64,000 nt of DNA, taken from NCBI GenBank assembly GCA_051294375.1, contig CM119266.1, positions 17,230,087 through 17,294,086 on the forward strand. The letters run 5' to 3'. This document shows positions 12,228 through 58,494 of the stretch, piece by piece. Each line of letters opens with the position of its first letter. Positions within the stretch are counted from its first letter, which is position 1. The DNA is from Paraspadella gotoi. Its lineage: Eukaryota > Animalia > Chaetognatha. A program made the position numbers and the translations under genes. The notes beneath the pieces were generated by a model. That model did not search any database, had not been told where the DNA came from, and saw only the letters and a program-made list of their open reading frames with translations.

Positions 12228-15200
12228 TACCCAGGGTTCCCCATGGAAGTAGAGACGATGCAAGGTTTGGAAACGACTTCATAACGAGGTGACGGAGTTG
12301 GAGGTGAAATGATGATAGTGCAGGGAAGGCGGAGGCTAAAGGGGAAGATTAGCTGGGGATTATTTGCGAATCGGATGGGGATTGGATTTGGTTCGGATGG
12401 AGATTAGAGAGGGGTTGAAGGTGGGTTTGGATAAGACACAATGAAAAATGGCGTAACGTTACTGTTCCGTGCATAAAAAAAATTCACTGTTCAATATTAT
12501 TATATTTCTTTTTATTTTTTGAAACGTTATAGTTTCATATGCTGATATCCAAAATATCAATGCAAAATCTTTTTTGTTTTTTTGATATGACTGAATATAG
12601 GGTGAAAGATGATAAATTTTTTAAAAAAGTTACTTATTCATATTTATTCATAGAATTGTAATATAAAAAAATAAAAAAAAATAATAGTACTAATAGTTAG
12701 TGTTATGTCTCAAATAGATGGAAAAAAACCTCATTTAAAATTCGATCGGGAAGTGGGGTAACTAAGGCTTACCAATGGCATCCTCCACGCCGATTGTTCT
12801 CTCAAATAATTTTTTTTATTTAATATATTTGAAAGGGAAAAAAAGAAAATTTGGAATGCAGGTTGCAGAAAGGGTACAGATAATCTGGACTTATTGACAT
12901 GATAACCATGACTTTTAATATTTTGTGAAATGGGGGCAGTAAAGAATCTAAAAAATTTCATCATTAAGTCAGTTAATGAACCCTTTCCAATGGGCTATTA
13001 CGAGAAATATTTTTTCTTAATTAAAATGGCTGATAAATAATAAAATTAAATTCCTTGCTATATTTAAAAAAAATATCAATACAAATTAACACAATGATGT
13101 TTTGCTTTGTCAAATATGTTACCAGCTATATAATTTTTTACAACTTTAATATGATAAACAAGCAGTGTGTCAAGCTTTTAGTTTGCAGTTAAAGATAATG
13201 AAAAATGACGATTTTTTTTCACAGACAAGAAGGTAAATGTCCAGACTGTTTATATCAAGCTGAAAACATTTTTGTATTTATCATTTTTAATATATTTTAT
13301 CAAGCTATAACATAAATTTTTGCTTGTTTTTTAATTTAACTGAAAAATATAAGCAATTTTATAGAATAAAAAAAATTTAATAATAAACAAAATTTAATTC
13401 AGTCTTTCCTTTTTCAAATTACAAAAGAAAAAGAAAAAAAATCATATGTCTTCATTGAAATTTTTAAAGCAAAAAACTGTTATACTTTTAACTCTGATTT
13501 AAACAAAAGCTGTGTAAAGATTTATGGATTTAATTTAATAAAACTTTTTTAGAAAGGTGTCCCATGATTAGGGCTTTAATTTGATACCACATCCACCTTG
13601 CTACCTCTTTTCTTTCAAAAGTTATTTAAAAAAATAACGTTTTTTAAATTACGCAGTACAAATCTTTGTTAAATAAAAATTTCGGCAAAGCGGGAGTATC
13701 TCACTTATTTCTGTTGGTACAATACTTAAATTTCAAAATAAAACTTGAAGAAAATTTTTTTGTCATTTAGAGACAAATCACTTTCAGATGTACCCATCGT
13801 ATAATAATTTATTTATTTATTTCCCCCAAAAAAGCCTAATTAGAAAAGTTGAAATTTTTTCAAATTGTTGGGAAAAAAATTTCATCCGACCTATGCTCAT
13901 TGAGAATAATGGTTTTGCATAGAAAATTAAAATATCAAAAAAATAAAAAAATCAGCCTCTAGAAAAATAGAAAGGCTAGAGGCTGATTTTTTTAGAATTG
14001 CAAAATTTTTTTCTTGACTCATAATCCATTATTCTCAAGTTTCAAAATATTTTTTTCCAAAATCATTCAATCAATTTTTTTTTATTAATTTAAAATGTTT
14101 TTATGATGTTGTTTTGTTTGAAAGAATTGAAAAAAAGTGAAAAATATAGTAATTATATAAGGTTTTTGAAAATACCTTTAAAATATTAAATAATTAGACA
14201 CAAGGGGAGTAAGCAGAGAAAACTTCCCATTCATAAAGAAAATTGAAAATGAATTTGTCATATTGTTATTTAGATTAATTGACTAATTACAAACAAATGA
14301 TTCATATAAATTGAGGAAATGATGGGTAAAAAATATTCATCTTGGTCTCGGTTAACTATTAGGTTATCGTTAAAGTTTTGTTTTAATAATATTAATATTT
14401 TTTTTGCATTTATAAAAGCAATGGTCTAAAATTTTGTAAGCGTTTCGAGCTATATTGCTTCATCTTTTTTACTATTTTTGATCTAGTTAGCTTTTTTGTT
14501 GATGGTCAAGGGTTATGGTCAGATACAGACATGTCCAGTAGTGTATATCGCACATATTACCAAAAGTAGTGATCAATTAATTTGGCTCAGAAACGATTTT
14601 AAAGGGACAAAATCAGCACGAGACCGTTTCGCCACGTTATTTTTCATTGTGTCATAAGGAGCTGGTTGGGAATGGGGTTAGATGGGGTGAGGTTAGACGG
14701 CTATTGGTTAGAGGATCGGAATTTGCGTAGGGATGAAATGGGGATTGGATGGAGATTAGATGAGAAATTAGATGGGATGATTGTATGGGGATTGTATGAG
14801 GAATTGGATTTTCCGACGGATGGAGCAATATATTCCTCACCTCCCAGTCCTGAAATCTTCGTTGACTAAACGAGATTTGAATAAAACTTCGATCTGGGGA
14901 GGAAGAGTAGGAGGAAGAGTAGAAGGAAGAGGAGGAGGAAGAAAACGAGGAATAGGATTAAAAGGAGGAGGAAAAAATGAATTTAAAAGGAGGAAGAGGA
15001 GAAGAAGAAAAGAGAGAAAGAAGATTAGGAGAAGGAATAAAGAGAAGGAAGGGGAAGGAAAATAGGTGGAGGTAAACATCGTTGTCTCTATCATTATCCT
15101 CATGTTTTTCTTTGACAAACTTAAAGACAACGACAACAACAACCTCGATTCCATTTTTGGGAAAAACGATAAGATTTCTGTCGACGAAATTGCAAAACTC

Positions 15201-15331
15201 GTCTCTCATTTCTATCCGAGGTTTTTCTTCTTCCGCATAGAGAATTTTAGCCTGAGAGACAGGCGGAGAAGGAATCTGGGGGAGAAAGAGCTGGAGAGAA
15301 AAGAGGGAAGAGAGAGAGGGGAGAAGTGAGT

Positions 15332-15379
<48 letters not shown>

Positions 15380-15545
15380 GCGATTGAGAGGTACAAAAAT
15401 GTTTAAACGGATCAAACTAGTGGCTAAACGTTTTAGGTAATATCAAGAAAATTAATATATCAAATAGAATTCAAAAAAATTAAAATCATGTGAAACTCAC
15501 TCCTTGGTAAGTCACGATTGAAGAGAATAGAACAAACATTATCAT
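7202..15545 (-). CDS. Uncharacterised type I membrane protein (signal peptide, Calx-beta-like region, Cys-rich segment, Thr-rich mucin stalk, TM, cytoplasmic tail), 11 exons
   Basis: Phase-consistent GT-AG chain: 15545-15501 (MIMFVLFSSIVTYQG), ~15290/15275/15251-15144, 14893-14841, 12335-12231, 11755-11646, 11438-11393, 11163-10938, 10649-10480, 8917-8635, 7792-7596, 7307-7202. TM FFIVIVVVILVSIVSLTLIYILV is followed by KRRKKRK (positive-inside). YTWCAQRGQCVPAKNYNCSCPCNRIC precedes poly-Thr. The 5' exons are less certain. Confidence 0.65.
7890..8532 (+). mobile_element. Two direct copies of a tRNA-derived SINE-like element (~7890-8097 and ~8298-8532)
   Basis: Near-identical blocks with a tRNA-Gly-like head (cattggtgctggagg..cattcgcctcccaa..ggtccggggttctagcccggtgg). 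The tail tacagcctgatccgaagctca also occurs at ~20072. Confidence 0.7.
13860..14070. mobile_element. Palindromic (MITE-like) element core
   Basis: aaaatcagcctctag/ctagaggctgatttt hairpin flanked by ttgagaataatgg/ccattattctcaa. Confidence 0.55.
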
Positions 15546-15708
15546 TCTCAGGTTGTATTAATTTCGTTGCCACAAAATTAGTCTTTTTTCGAGTTTTTCT
15601 TTAATTTTAAATTCAGACTCCGTAAAACTTTACAAAATTTTTTTTATTATTTATAGTGATTGTCTAAACGATGATTTTAACTTTTTTCTACAATTGGATA
15701 CTTCTCTC

Positions 15709-15778
<70 letters not shown>

Positions 15779-16509
15779 CTCCATACCTCTTTCTCTCTTT
15801 CAGTCTTTCTTATTTCTCATTATAATGAGATTTTCATCTGCATCTTTTATGGATTAATAATTCGTAAATCATCAAATTTTATTTGAAAATAAAAAATAAT
15901 TAGCTATTGAAAAAAAATTAATAACAAGCATTTTTTATTACAATTGACAAGTGACATTATTAATACTATAACTACTCGGAATTTAGCGTTTCGATGAATT
16001 AAATGTACAACTTTTCTCAACTTTCATCTTTCCCATTCTTTTCAAACCATATCCATTTTCTTCTCTTAATCTCTCCATTTCTTTTTAATCTATTTCTATT
16101 ATCTTCTCTTAATCTCTCCTCTTATTAATCCATCTCTATCGTCATCTCTTAATCACTCATTTTCGTTTATATCTTTCCTTTTCATCTCTCCTTTTAAACG
16201 CTCTTTATCTGCTCCTTTCTTTGTCACTATCTTTTTTTCTTAATCTCCCATTTTTTAATCTTGCTTTGTCTCTACCCTCTCTTCTTAATCTCCCCCTTTT
16301 GTAATCTTTCTCAATCTCTATTCTTTTTTTTTTCCTATATTTTTTTTTAAATTTCCTCTCCTAATTTAAGGGATTAGAAACAGAGATGGGGCGCATTTGA
16401 AAAATAAAAACGAGTTTTACTTTCCTCCGCCTCTTCTTTCCCGTTCCTCCTCCTCCGCCCCCTCTTCTTTCCCGTTCCTCCTCCTCCTCCCTCTTTCCTC
16501 CATTTCCTT

Positions 16510-48598
<32,089 letters not shown>

Positions 48599-48600
48599 CT

Positions 48601-48682
<82 letters not shown>

Positions 48683-49209
48683 CGGGGGGAAGGGGAGGGA
48701 GGAAAGGGGGAAGAGGTAAGGGGGATAAAAGCTGAGGGCGAGGAAAACGCAGATCGAGAGTAATAAATAACATTAAATTTATAATTTTACCAAACATTAC
48801 CAAAACATTACCGAACATTTTACCAAATATTACCTTCACCAAAAACTTAATCAGTTATTAAAATACGTCGCTATAATGTAATAGTTAATAGGATTTGAGT
48901 TTTTCAAGTTGAGTTGAATACAGGCGTCTTATTATTTTTTATTTTATAGGATTTTTTTGAATTTAAGTATTAATAGAGGAAAAAACGGAGCGACAAGTTA
49001 ACTCTTTCTCTTTCTTCATCCTCTTTATACCTCTACTTTTTTTTCTGTCATTTCTTTTATCTTTCCCTTTCTGTCTTTTCTTTGTCTTTGTTTCAATCCT
49101 CCTACTTTTCTCTTCACTCTACTTGTTTCTCATTTTTTCCTATCTTTCCGATTCTTGGCTTTACTTCTCTTTATTTCCTTTTCCTTCCTTCTCTTTCCCG
49201 CCTTGCTAC

Positions 49210-49727
49210 CTTTTACAAAGTCGGAAACGCGTATCAATTTTGGAGGACGAGGAGGAGGAGGAGGAGTAGGGTGTGTCTGATTTGAGGACGAAAAATTCGG
49301 GTTCAATGCAGATTTAATTTTTAAGCAATCTGATTGGACGAAATCCGAATCTGATTGATACGAATTCGAGGTGACGTAATCCAGATTTGATTGTATATTA
49401 ACTGATTCCAAGGAATCGGAATTTATCAGCTGGTTGGACAGGAAGNNNNNNNNNNTTTGATTGTAGATTAATTGATTCCAAGGAATTGGAAATTATCAAC
49501 TGGTTGGACAGGAAGCTTTTCCTTTTTCGATTGCAGTAAAACTCCTGATCTTCCTTTTGATAGGACGAAATTTTTATTTGATTGGATGAACGATTACTAT
49601 TTTGGTTGGAGATAAAACTAAAAATCTCTGTTGTGTTAAGGTTTGATTTTCTATCATTGGTAGAAGAGTCAGTTAGATCAAAGATGTAGAAAGTCGGATC
49701 TATAACGGACGAGCTGGACGATGGCAT
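49210..49727 (-). CDS. HNF4: Candidate proximal first coding exon of HNF4 (contains an N gap)
   Basis: ATG at 49727 (MPSSSSSVIDPTF...). The reading ends ...PPKLIRVSDFVK G|gtagca, phase 1, matching the phase-1 acceptor at 48598. It is interrupted by N 49446-49455 with a local overlap duplication. Confidence 0.5.
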
Positions 49728-49757
49728 TACTCTTCTCTCCCTCTCTGCCTCGCTTCT

Positions 49758-49807
<50 letters not shown>

Positions 49808-49810
<3 letters not shown>

Positions 49811-49885
49811 ATTCCAAATGGGGAAGGCAAAGTCTACCCTCGTTTCAAAGGCCGTATTTCCGTCTGAGTTTCCAAAGGTGAGTCC
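49808..49885. promoter_or_regulatory. Cluster of three HNF4/DR1-like sites just upstream of the candidate HNF4 first exon
   Basis: AAGGCA-A-AGTCTA (49824), GTTTCA-A-AGGCCG (49842) and TTTCCA-A-AGGTGA (49869), all with the CAAAG core, in a 75-bp island between CT microsatellites. Confidence 0.45.
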
Positions 49886-49914
49886 TCCTCTCTCTCTCTC
49901 TCTCTCCTCTCTCT

Positions 49915-49954
<40 letters not shown>

Positions 49955-50834
49955 CAATTCCAAAGTTTTTCGCGTCGGTGAGAGGTACGACTTCAGACCC
50001 TTTGGATTTGTTGTTGTTGTTGTCGTCGTTAAGTTCTAAAGATTTTTTTTCTTCTCTTCATTCAACTTCGGATTCACAATTTCTGTAAAATCGTGAGGAC
50101 GTCGTCATCGACGTCGTCGTCGTCGTCGTCGTCGTAATCACACTATGTTGGACGGTTGACGTTTATTCTCTTTTTTTTACGGATTTTCGATTTTGTCTTT
50201 TCTCAATTTTTTTTTACGTAGGAAGCAGATAAAATTTTACATTTTTGACGTGGATCTGACGATAATTTTAGTTGCGTAAGTTTATACTTATTTGTGACGC
50301 GATTTTATTGCCGCGAGTCTGACGCTATTATTTTGTGACGCAGATTTTTATGACGCGACTTTAGTGGCGCGATTCTGACGCTAATATTTTGTGACGTAAA
50401 TTTTTGTGTCGCTACTCTTTGTGGCTCGATTCTGACGTAGCTTTCCTAGACTCAGATTTTATTGGCGTGAGATTAAGTTTCTCAACACTGAACCGTTAGG
50501 GTGTCTTGGTTTTGGGCTCGGTTGTTGGGCTGGATTGACCCAACGAGGTGGCGTCCTTGGGCTCATTAATCGATGATCCAATAGTTAATTGAGTTTGATC
50601 TGATGTAAAGGTAATCAATTTTTCGATTTTAAAATTCATTGCCATAAAATGCGCGTAAGGTTCAAAAAGGTTCACAAGTGCTACGTAGTTGATCAGTTTT
50701 TCTGGATTGCATCACGATAATAAAAATGGCATCAAATATATTTTTTCGGCGTTGTGTTGAAATCAGTGACACACCTGTGAATTTAACGAGGATCTCTCAT
50801 CCTTATCTCTCTGTGGTTTTCATTTCTCTTTCTC

Positions 50835-50866
<32 letters not shown>

Positions 50867-51042
50867 TTCTTTCTTTCTTCTTTCTTTCTTTTTTTCTTTC
50901 TTTCTTTCTTTCTTTCTCTCTTTTCTTTCTTTTCTTTCTTTTTTTTTTCTTTCTTTCTTTCTTTTTCTCTCTTTCTCTCTGTTTCGAAAATGACGCTCAT
51001 CGAGTGATAACGAATTATCATTGACGGCAGAGGCGGAGAAGA

Positions 51043-51142
<100 letters not shown>

Positions 51143-52134
51143 AGATAAGGATAGAGAGATCCTCGTTAAATTCACAGGTGTGTCACTGATTTCAACACAA
51201 CGCCGAAAAAATATATTTGATGCCATTTTTATTTATCGTGATGCAATCCAGAAAAACTGATCAACTACGTAGCACTTGTGAACCTTTTTGAACCTTACGC
51301 GCATTTTATGGCAATGAATTTTAAAATCGAAAAATTGATTACTTACATCAGATCAAACTCAATTAACTATTGGATCATCGATTAATGAGCCCAAGGACGC
51401 CACCTCGTTGGGTCAATCCAGCCCAACAACCGAGCCCAAACCCAAGACACCCTAACGGTTCAGTGTTGAGAAACTTAATCTCACGCCAATAAAATCTGAG
51501 TCTAGGAAAGCTACGTCAGAATCGAGCCACAAAGAGTGCGACACAAAAATTTACGTCACAAAATATTAGCGTCAGAATCGCGCCACTAAAGTCGCGTCAT
51601 AAAAATCTGCGTCACAAAATAATAGCGTCAGACTCGCGGCAATAAAATCGCGTCACAAATAAGTATAAACTTACGCAACTAAAATTATCGTCAGATCCAC
51701 GTCAAAAATGTAAAATTTTATCTGCTTCCTACGTAAAAAAAAATTGAGAAAAGACAAAATCGAAAATCCGTAAAAAAAAGAGAATAAACGTCAACCGTCC
51801 AACATAGTGTGATTACGACGACGACGACGACGACGACGTCGATGACGACGTCCTCACGATTTTAACAAAATTGTGAATCCGAAGTTTGAATGAAGAGAAA
51901 AAAAAATCTTAGAACTTAACGACGACAACACAACAACAAATCCAAAGGGTCTGAAGTCTGTACCTTCTTCACCGCGAAAAAACTTTGGAATTGAGAGAGA
52001 GAGAGAGAGAAGAGAGGAGAGAGAGAAGAGAGAGAAGAGAGAAGAGAGAGAGAGAGAGAGACTCACCTTTGGAAACTCGACGGAAATACGGCCTTTGAAA
52101 CGAGGGTAGACTTTGCCTTCCCCATTGGAATACT

Positions 52135-52214
<80 letters not shown>

Positions 52215-53256
52215 TGCCATCGTCCACTCGTCCGTTATAGATCCGACTTTCTACATCTTTGATCAACTGACTCTTCTACCAATGATAGAAAATCAACTTA
52301 ACACAACAGAGATTTTTAGTTTTATCTCCAACCAAAATAGTAATCGTTCATCCAATCAAAATAAAATTTCGTCCTATCAAAAGGAAAGATCAGGAATTTT
52401 ATGCAATCGAAAAAGGAAAAGCTTCCTGTCCAACCAGCTGATAAATTCCGATTCCTTGGAATCAGTTAATTACAATCAAATCTGGATTACGTCACCTCGA
52501 ATTCGATCAATCAGATTCGGATTTCGTCCAATCAGATTGCGGCTTAAAAAATAAATCTGCATTGAACCCGAATTTTTCGTCCTCAAATCAGACAACACCC
52601 TACTCCTCCTCCTCCTCCTCTCTCCAAAATTGATACGCGTTTCCGACTTTGTAAAAGGTAGCAAGGCGGGAAAGAGAAGGAAGGAAAAGGAATAAAGAGA
52701 AGTAAAGCCAAGAATCGGAAAGATAGGAAAAAATGAGAAACAAGTAGAGTGAAGAGAAAAGTAGGAGGATTGAAACAAAGACAAAGAAAAGACAGAAAGG
52801 GAAAGATAAAGAAAGACAGAAAAAAAGTAGAGGTATAAAGAGGATGAAGAAAGAGAAAGAGTTAACTTTCCTCCGTTTCTATTAATACTTAAATCAAAAA
52901 AATCCTATAAAAAAAAAAATAATAAGACGCCTGTATTCAACTCAACTTGAAAAACTCAAATCCTATTAACTATTACATTATAGCGACGTATTTTAATAAC
53001 TGATTAAGTTTTTGGTGAAGGTAATATTGGGTAAAATGTTCGGTAATGTTTTGGTAATGTTTGGTAAATTATAAATTTAATGTTATTTATTACTCTCGAT
53101 CTGCGTTTTCCTCCCCCTCAGCTTTTATCCCCCTTACCTCTTCCCCCTTTCCTCCTCCCTTCCCCCCGCCTTCTCTCTCTCTCTCTCTTTTCCCTCTCTT
53201 CTCTCCTCTCTCTCTCTTCTCCTCTCTCTGTTTCTCTCTCTCTCTCTCTCTCTACA

Positions 53257-53490
53257 GACCCGGAGATGACAGGAATACATCCTCTCGACGAGGTTTCCCC
53301 AAACGCGTCGACGGCCTTGCCTCATCATCATCATCATCATCATCATCATCACGGCCAGGGGCAGGGACATCCGGGCTCCGGGCCGCATGGGCGACATTGC
53401 CGGGGCCGCCCATGGGTGCATGGGATGGCCGTCGGGGCGCATCCTCGGCGCCTGGAGGAGGAATGATGACGACGAACAACGGAATGCCGG
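53257..53490 (+). pseudogene. Frameshifted inverted copy of the HNF4 poly-His exon (probably artefactual)
   Basis: DPEMTGIHPLDEV...HHHHHHHHHH...; the frame is lost after GPHG, and the donor reads gggattt instead of gggcatgt. Confidence 0.6.
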
Positions 53491-53703
53491 GATTTTTTGG
53501 GTCGTTCGTTCATTCATTTATTCAGTCAGTCTTTCGATCATTCATTCATTATTCATTCATTCATTCATTCATTCATTTCATCATTCATTCATCATTCTTT
53601 TTAGTGTCCAAAGTAAGAGGAAAGATAGCTTTCGTATTTATTAAATAGACAGGTATTGGTTAATATCGGTTGTACCGATTTATTAACTGAAACATTTAGC
53701 TTC

Positions 53704-53728
53704 NNNNNNNNNNNNNNNNNNNNNNNNN
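53704..53728. other. Assembly gap (N run); a second gap lies at 49446-49455
   Basis: N characters. Confidence 1.
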
Positions 53729-54432
53729 CAAGCTTTTTTCTTTCCGATTGATCTAATCTTACACGAAGTAAAAGGATCAACTTTTTATGATTTTTTCTCA
53801 TACTATTTGATAAAAATATATCTCATTTCAAAATTGTATATTATATATTTCTAAAAAGAGTTAAAATAATAAAAAAGTCAAGTCATCGGAAAAGAATCGT
53901 TAGTTTGTTTTTTCTTCTTTTTTTTTCAGAGAAAAGTGAGTTTGAATAATTTAACTTTTAACCAAAAAAAAAAGCGAAATCATTTGAGGCATAAAAAAAA
54001 AAAAAATAAAAGAATAAATCAAACTGAAAACTAAAAAAAAAATGGGAAAAAAAATTAACCCGAAACTAAATTTAGAATCACCATGTTCTTACTGTGATTT
54101 TTTTAACCTTGTACAACGGAGCGAGACGACCCAATTGTAACTGTTAAGACATTTCTCACAGTTGTACCGCTCAATATATTCGCACACTTGTCACACCCAA
54201 TATATTCCTGACCTTTTCACTGTGAAGATACAATTGACAGACTTTCCCAAAAAAGTTTTCAAAAATTGTTTTGATACAAAAAATTATTTTGTTTTGAATT
54301 TCGATTTATTTTCGTGATTGGAGACTCAATGTCGTAAATTCAAGGTCGTTCAACGATTGTATAATATTATTTTAATATCAATAAAATTAAATAAACCGCG
54401 AAGGACGAAAAAAAAAATAAAACAAAAGGTAC

Positions 54433-54477
54433 CTGTTCCTTCGGCGTAATGACTTCCGAGAAAAACCGGTAGGGGAT
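54433..54477 (-). CDS. Possible 45-nt symmetric (phase 1-1) cassette exon in the HNF4 5' region
   Basis: Pyrimidine tract then aag|AT CCC CTA CCG GTT TTT CTC GGA AGT CAT TAC GCC GAA GGA ACA G|gtacct; open and frame-preserving. Confidence 0.3.
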
Positions 54478-55955
54478 CTTCGAAAAAGGAAAATGAAAAA
54501 AAGAACCAAAATGTCAACAGTTTTTTTTTTCACCTCGTCATTGTTTTTTTGTTTTTTGTTTTTTTTAAATTTTTGTTTGGTTTTTATCAGTGCGACAAAT
54601 GAAGTCAAGCTGGTCCAACCGCAGGTGTTATTATTTTTGTTGTCATGGAGAGAGAGAAAGAATCAAAAGACTACAACGGCATCAGCGTTGCATTTGTTAT
54701 CGTTTTCACTTTTTGTTTGCTTATTTCATGGTTTACAGTTGTTTATTTTCAGACGACGGAATAGAATTTTAGTTTCAAACTTCACAATTTTTTAGCGTCG
54801 AATTTTCTGGATTGTTTCACAAAAGTAACACGTTCTTAACGGGATCTCTAACCTTCTTAAAACTAGTATTCATGTTCTTAATGGGATCTTTGATTTCATT
54901 ATAACAATCACTTCTCCCGTTGACTCTAAATTGAAGTATAATTCTGGTTTCGAGAGAAAACAAAAGAAAATTTATAGAGGTCGCGTTTTAACAAAATATT
55001 TCCCAACTTCCCATTTCTTCTCCAAGAGTTTAATTTTAACCAAAATATTTAACCCTAATCTCTACCCAAATACTTTCATCCTATTAACCAACCCTGACCT
55101 TATTCTTAACCATAGTTGTTTATCCCTAACCCGAATCCATAACCTTATTCCCTAACCCAAAACCCTAATCACTGAACAAATATCAAACCAAATTCCTGAC
55201 ATAATCCCAAATCCTAATCTCTATTCTAACCTTTAACTTAATCTTTAAACTTTATTCTCAATTTAAGCGGAAATGGGAGACACTCTGTTAACAACATGGG
55301 AAGAACACAAAATGATGAACGGGGACCAAAGTGAGAATCGCAGGAAAATAAACTTCTTCCTCCTGAAAAAAAAAAAAAAGAAATCGTTAAAAATGGAAGA
55401 AAAGAAGGAGAAAAAAAAGGGAAGTAAACAAATTAGTGTTACTAGTCAAAAAAGGTAAGAAAAAAAAGGGTGAGGTGAGATAGGGTTGGGTAAAACAGTT
55501 GACGGCCAGGAAAAGGATAAATTGTGATTTTCGAACCGAGTTGATGATAATGAGAGATTATTGAGAGTGATTAGGAGAGAATTATTTTAGGTTAATTATG
55601 AAAAGATGTATTCGTGACTGACAAGTGAATGGATGTGAGTGAGGGTGAGAAATGACAAGTGAGAAGTGAGAGAGACAGAAGTCGTTGAGATAAGCTATGA
55701 TAAGATGAGGTGAGAAGGTAAAGGAAATTTAAAAATTAAGCATAGAATTATTAAGATAAATTAAACGATGATATAAATTCAATATGCCGCTACCACTTGT
55801 CAATTTATTATAATAGAAGAGTTGAATCCGCAATTAGGCCATTAAATTAAATTAAAATTTCTTTTGAATTTAAAAAATTCGGAAAAATAAGGTGACTGAA
55901 ATTTTTAGGAAGAAAAAAAACCAAAAGACGAAAAAACCTGGAAGAATCATAAAGT

Positions 55956-56099
<144 letters not shown>

Positions 56100-56811
56100 C
56101 GATTGGGGTTCGCCTGAGGAACACGACAGGCGTTAAGACATTTAGGAGGTGGGAGTGAGAGAGAGAGAGGGAGAAAAAGAAAGAGGGAGAGAGAATTGAG
56201 AGAGCAGAGCGGCGTAGGACAGAGAAGGAGAGGGGAAGAGAGTATAAAATAGAGAGGATGAATCGAGTTAGAGAAGAATAAAAGATAAAATTATGAGAAA
56301 AACAAAGAGGAGAATAAGAGGGAAGAAAATATTTTAATGTTTAATAGAAATCAGGGTATTTTTCTTTTGAACACAATTAATATGTGATCGGTTGAATATT
56401 ATGATTGAAAATATGATTAGAGTGAAATTATATTAAAGTCATAGGTGATAGTGCGGCAAGTGTGGCAAGTGTGGCAAGTGTGTCGATTAATTTCCATTCT
56501 CGCGTCTTCCGTATTTTTTTTTTACAGTGAAAGGAAACTCCCCCTTCTCTTCCTCCTCCTCCTCCTCCTCCTCCTCCTCCTCCTTCTTCGAGATCAAAAT
56601 TTCATCAAATTCTTACAAAAAATCAAACTATTTGGTTTCATGGAACTAAAAACTAAACGACTTGATAATTTGAACATCTGAAATTAATTTTTGTCATCTG
56701 TAATCACAAAAAAGAATGAGAAAAAAATTAATGTTCAGAGACAGTCTATTGTGCCTAAAAATATTTGAACGGAATTATTTTAAATGAACTTAGAAGTGTG
56801 ACATACATTCG

Positions 56812-56927
<116 letters not shown>

Positions 56928-58208
56928 TATACATATATATAAAGAAAGAACGAATTTCTAACCATCGAAGTCGATGACTTAACCACCTGTTTTCTTCCTC
57001 TGGTGTCATAGACTTTTTTACGTTTTTTTTTCTTTAAGAGTCAGATAGAGAGGGTGGTAGGGAGAGAAAGGGGGGAGGGGAAGAAAGAGATGGAGAGAGA
57101 GAGAGAGAGAGAGAGAGTGAAAGAGTGAAAGAGTGAGAGAGAGTGAGTGAGAGAGATTTATGGTGGAGCACGAAAAGCAAAGTTAGAGAACAAAGAAGAA
57201 AGAAAAAAAAAAGGATAAGGAAAAATTTTGAAAAAAAAAACCTATATCATTTTCTTTGACCGCCCATTACACTGTTTTCTATTTTTCACTCCCTTCCCTT
57301 CCCTCCTATTATATCTTTCGCTCCCCTCGTTTGCTCCTTCTAACTCCACCTCTCAAAAAACCAACTGTTTCTATTTTGACAAAAAAAAAAAAAATGAATA
57401 GAATAAAAATAATTTTGGAGCGGATGAACAATTGAATTTGTAAATGGAAGAGTTTTCATAAAAGATATAGGACTTTCCTTGTAAGAGATATGACTTAAAA
57501 GAGATGTGACTTTTCTTACAAGAAATGGGACTTTTCATTCAGGAGAAAGGACTTTTCTTCAAAGATATAGAACTTTTCTAAAAAAGAGATATCACATTCC
57601 TTAATAGAGATAGGACTCTTCTTCGTCGTCGTCGTTGTTGTTTTTGTCAGCGTTAACTGCGTTTGTCATTTTCGACACAACAAAGCAGACAATTCCTGAA
57701 TTTAGTCGTCGTCATCGTCATCGTTATCGTCGTCGTCGTCCTTCTGTTTGTTATGATCTCGAGTTGTGTCTGAGTTTTCCTCACCCAAGATAAGAAAGTT
57801 TATTTACCTCAACTTTGTATCTTTTTTTGACAAAATTTATTCGTTTGAACCTCAGTTTATCTGTTGAAAGCCCAAAACTTACCGAATATATGTAAAAAAT
57901 TATATCAGTTTTTCAATTAAGTATGAAATTGGTACTACAAAGGATTCAATTAATAAACAATCCAACTTTGAACATTCCACGTGGGGTTTGTTAAGAACTC
58001 CATAGTCCATACCTATTACAAGATAAATACATAGCGGGACCCTGAAGGCTTTCAATCAAAACTGTTTTCCACTCTCGTTTATTTAATTCCAGAGAACCTG
58101 GTTTTCTTATTGATGGAGAGATAATGTTTTTATGAACAGTTACAATTATATAGTATACATTCGATTTAATTTAATATAAAAATATTCGCTACCCGAAACC
58201 TCGTTGGA

Positions 58209-58284
<76 letters not shown>

Positions 58285-58412
58285 CTTATTCATTTCTCAG
58301 TCAGCTGATTTTTCCCAGAGAGGGAATTCCCCTTCCCTGGCCGCGACATCTGTACCTCACCTTTTGGTCGGGCTACACTTTGCCCCTTACCAAATTAGAT
58401 TCGTCTCTCTCT

Positions 58413-58494
<82 letters not shown>

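Noticed and set aside
12773-12801. Strong minus-strand donor (ttg|gtaagc) suggesting an extra exon of the membrane gene
   Set aside because: Poor acceptor, and inclusion shifts the downstream exons into a frame with a stop.
14837-15154. ORF with an apparent transmembrane segment (FSLFLLLIFFLSFLLLL)
   Set aside because: Better explained as a pyrimidine-rich intron (15143-14894) between phase-0 exons; a separate signal-peptide exon exists at 15545-15501.
49808-49877. Plus-strand mini exon MGKAKSTLVSKAVFPSEFPK with ag/gt borders
   Set aside because: No partner exons or homology found; the motif-cluster explanation fits at least as well. Not fully excluded.
54080-54240. PHD-finger-like remnants (EYIGCDKC...YNCEKC) on the minus strand
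   Set aside because: Frames are broken and too short; possibly a decayed transposon, not supportable as a feature.
56987-57009. MTPEEENR as an HNF4 first exon
   Set aside because: The donor is phase 2 and weak, incompatible with the phase-1 acceptor; it could at most be a UTR exon.
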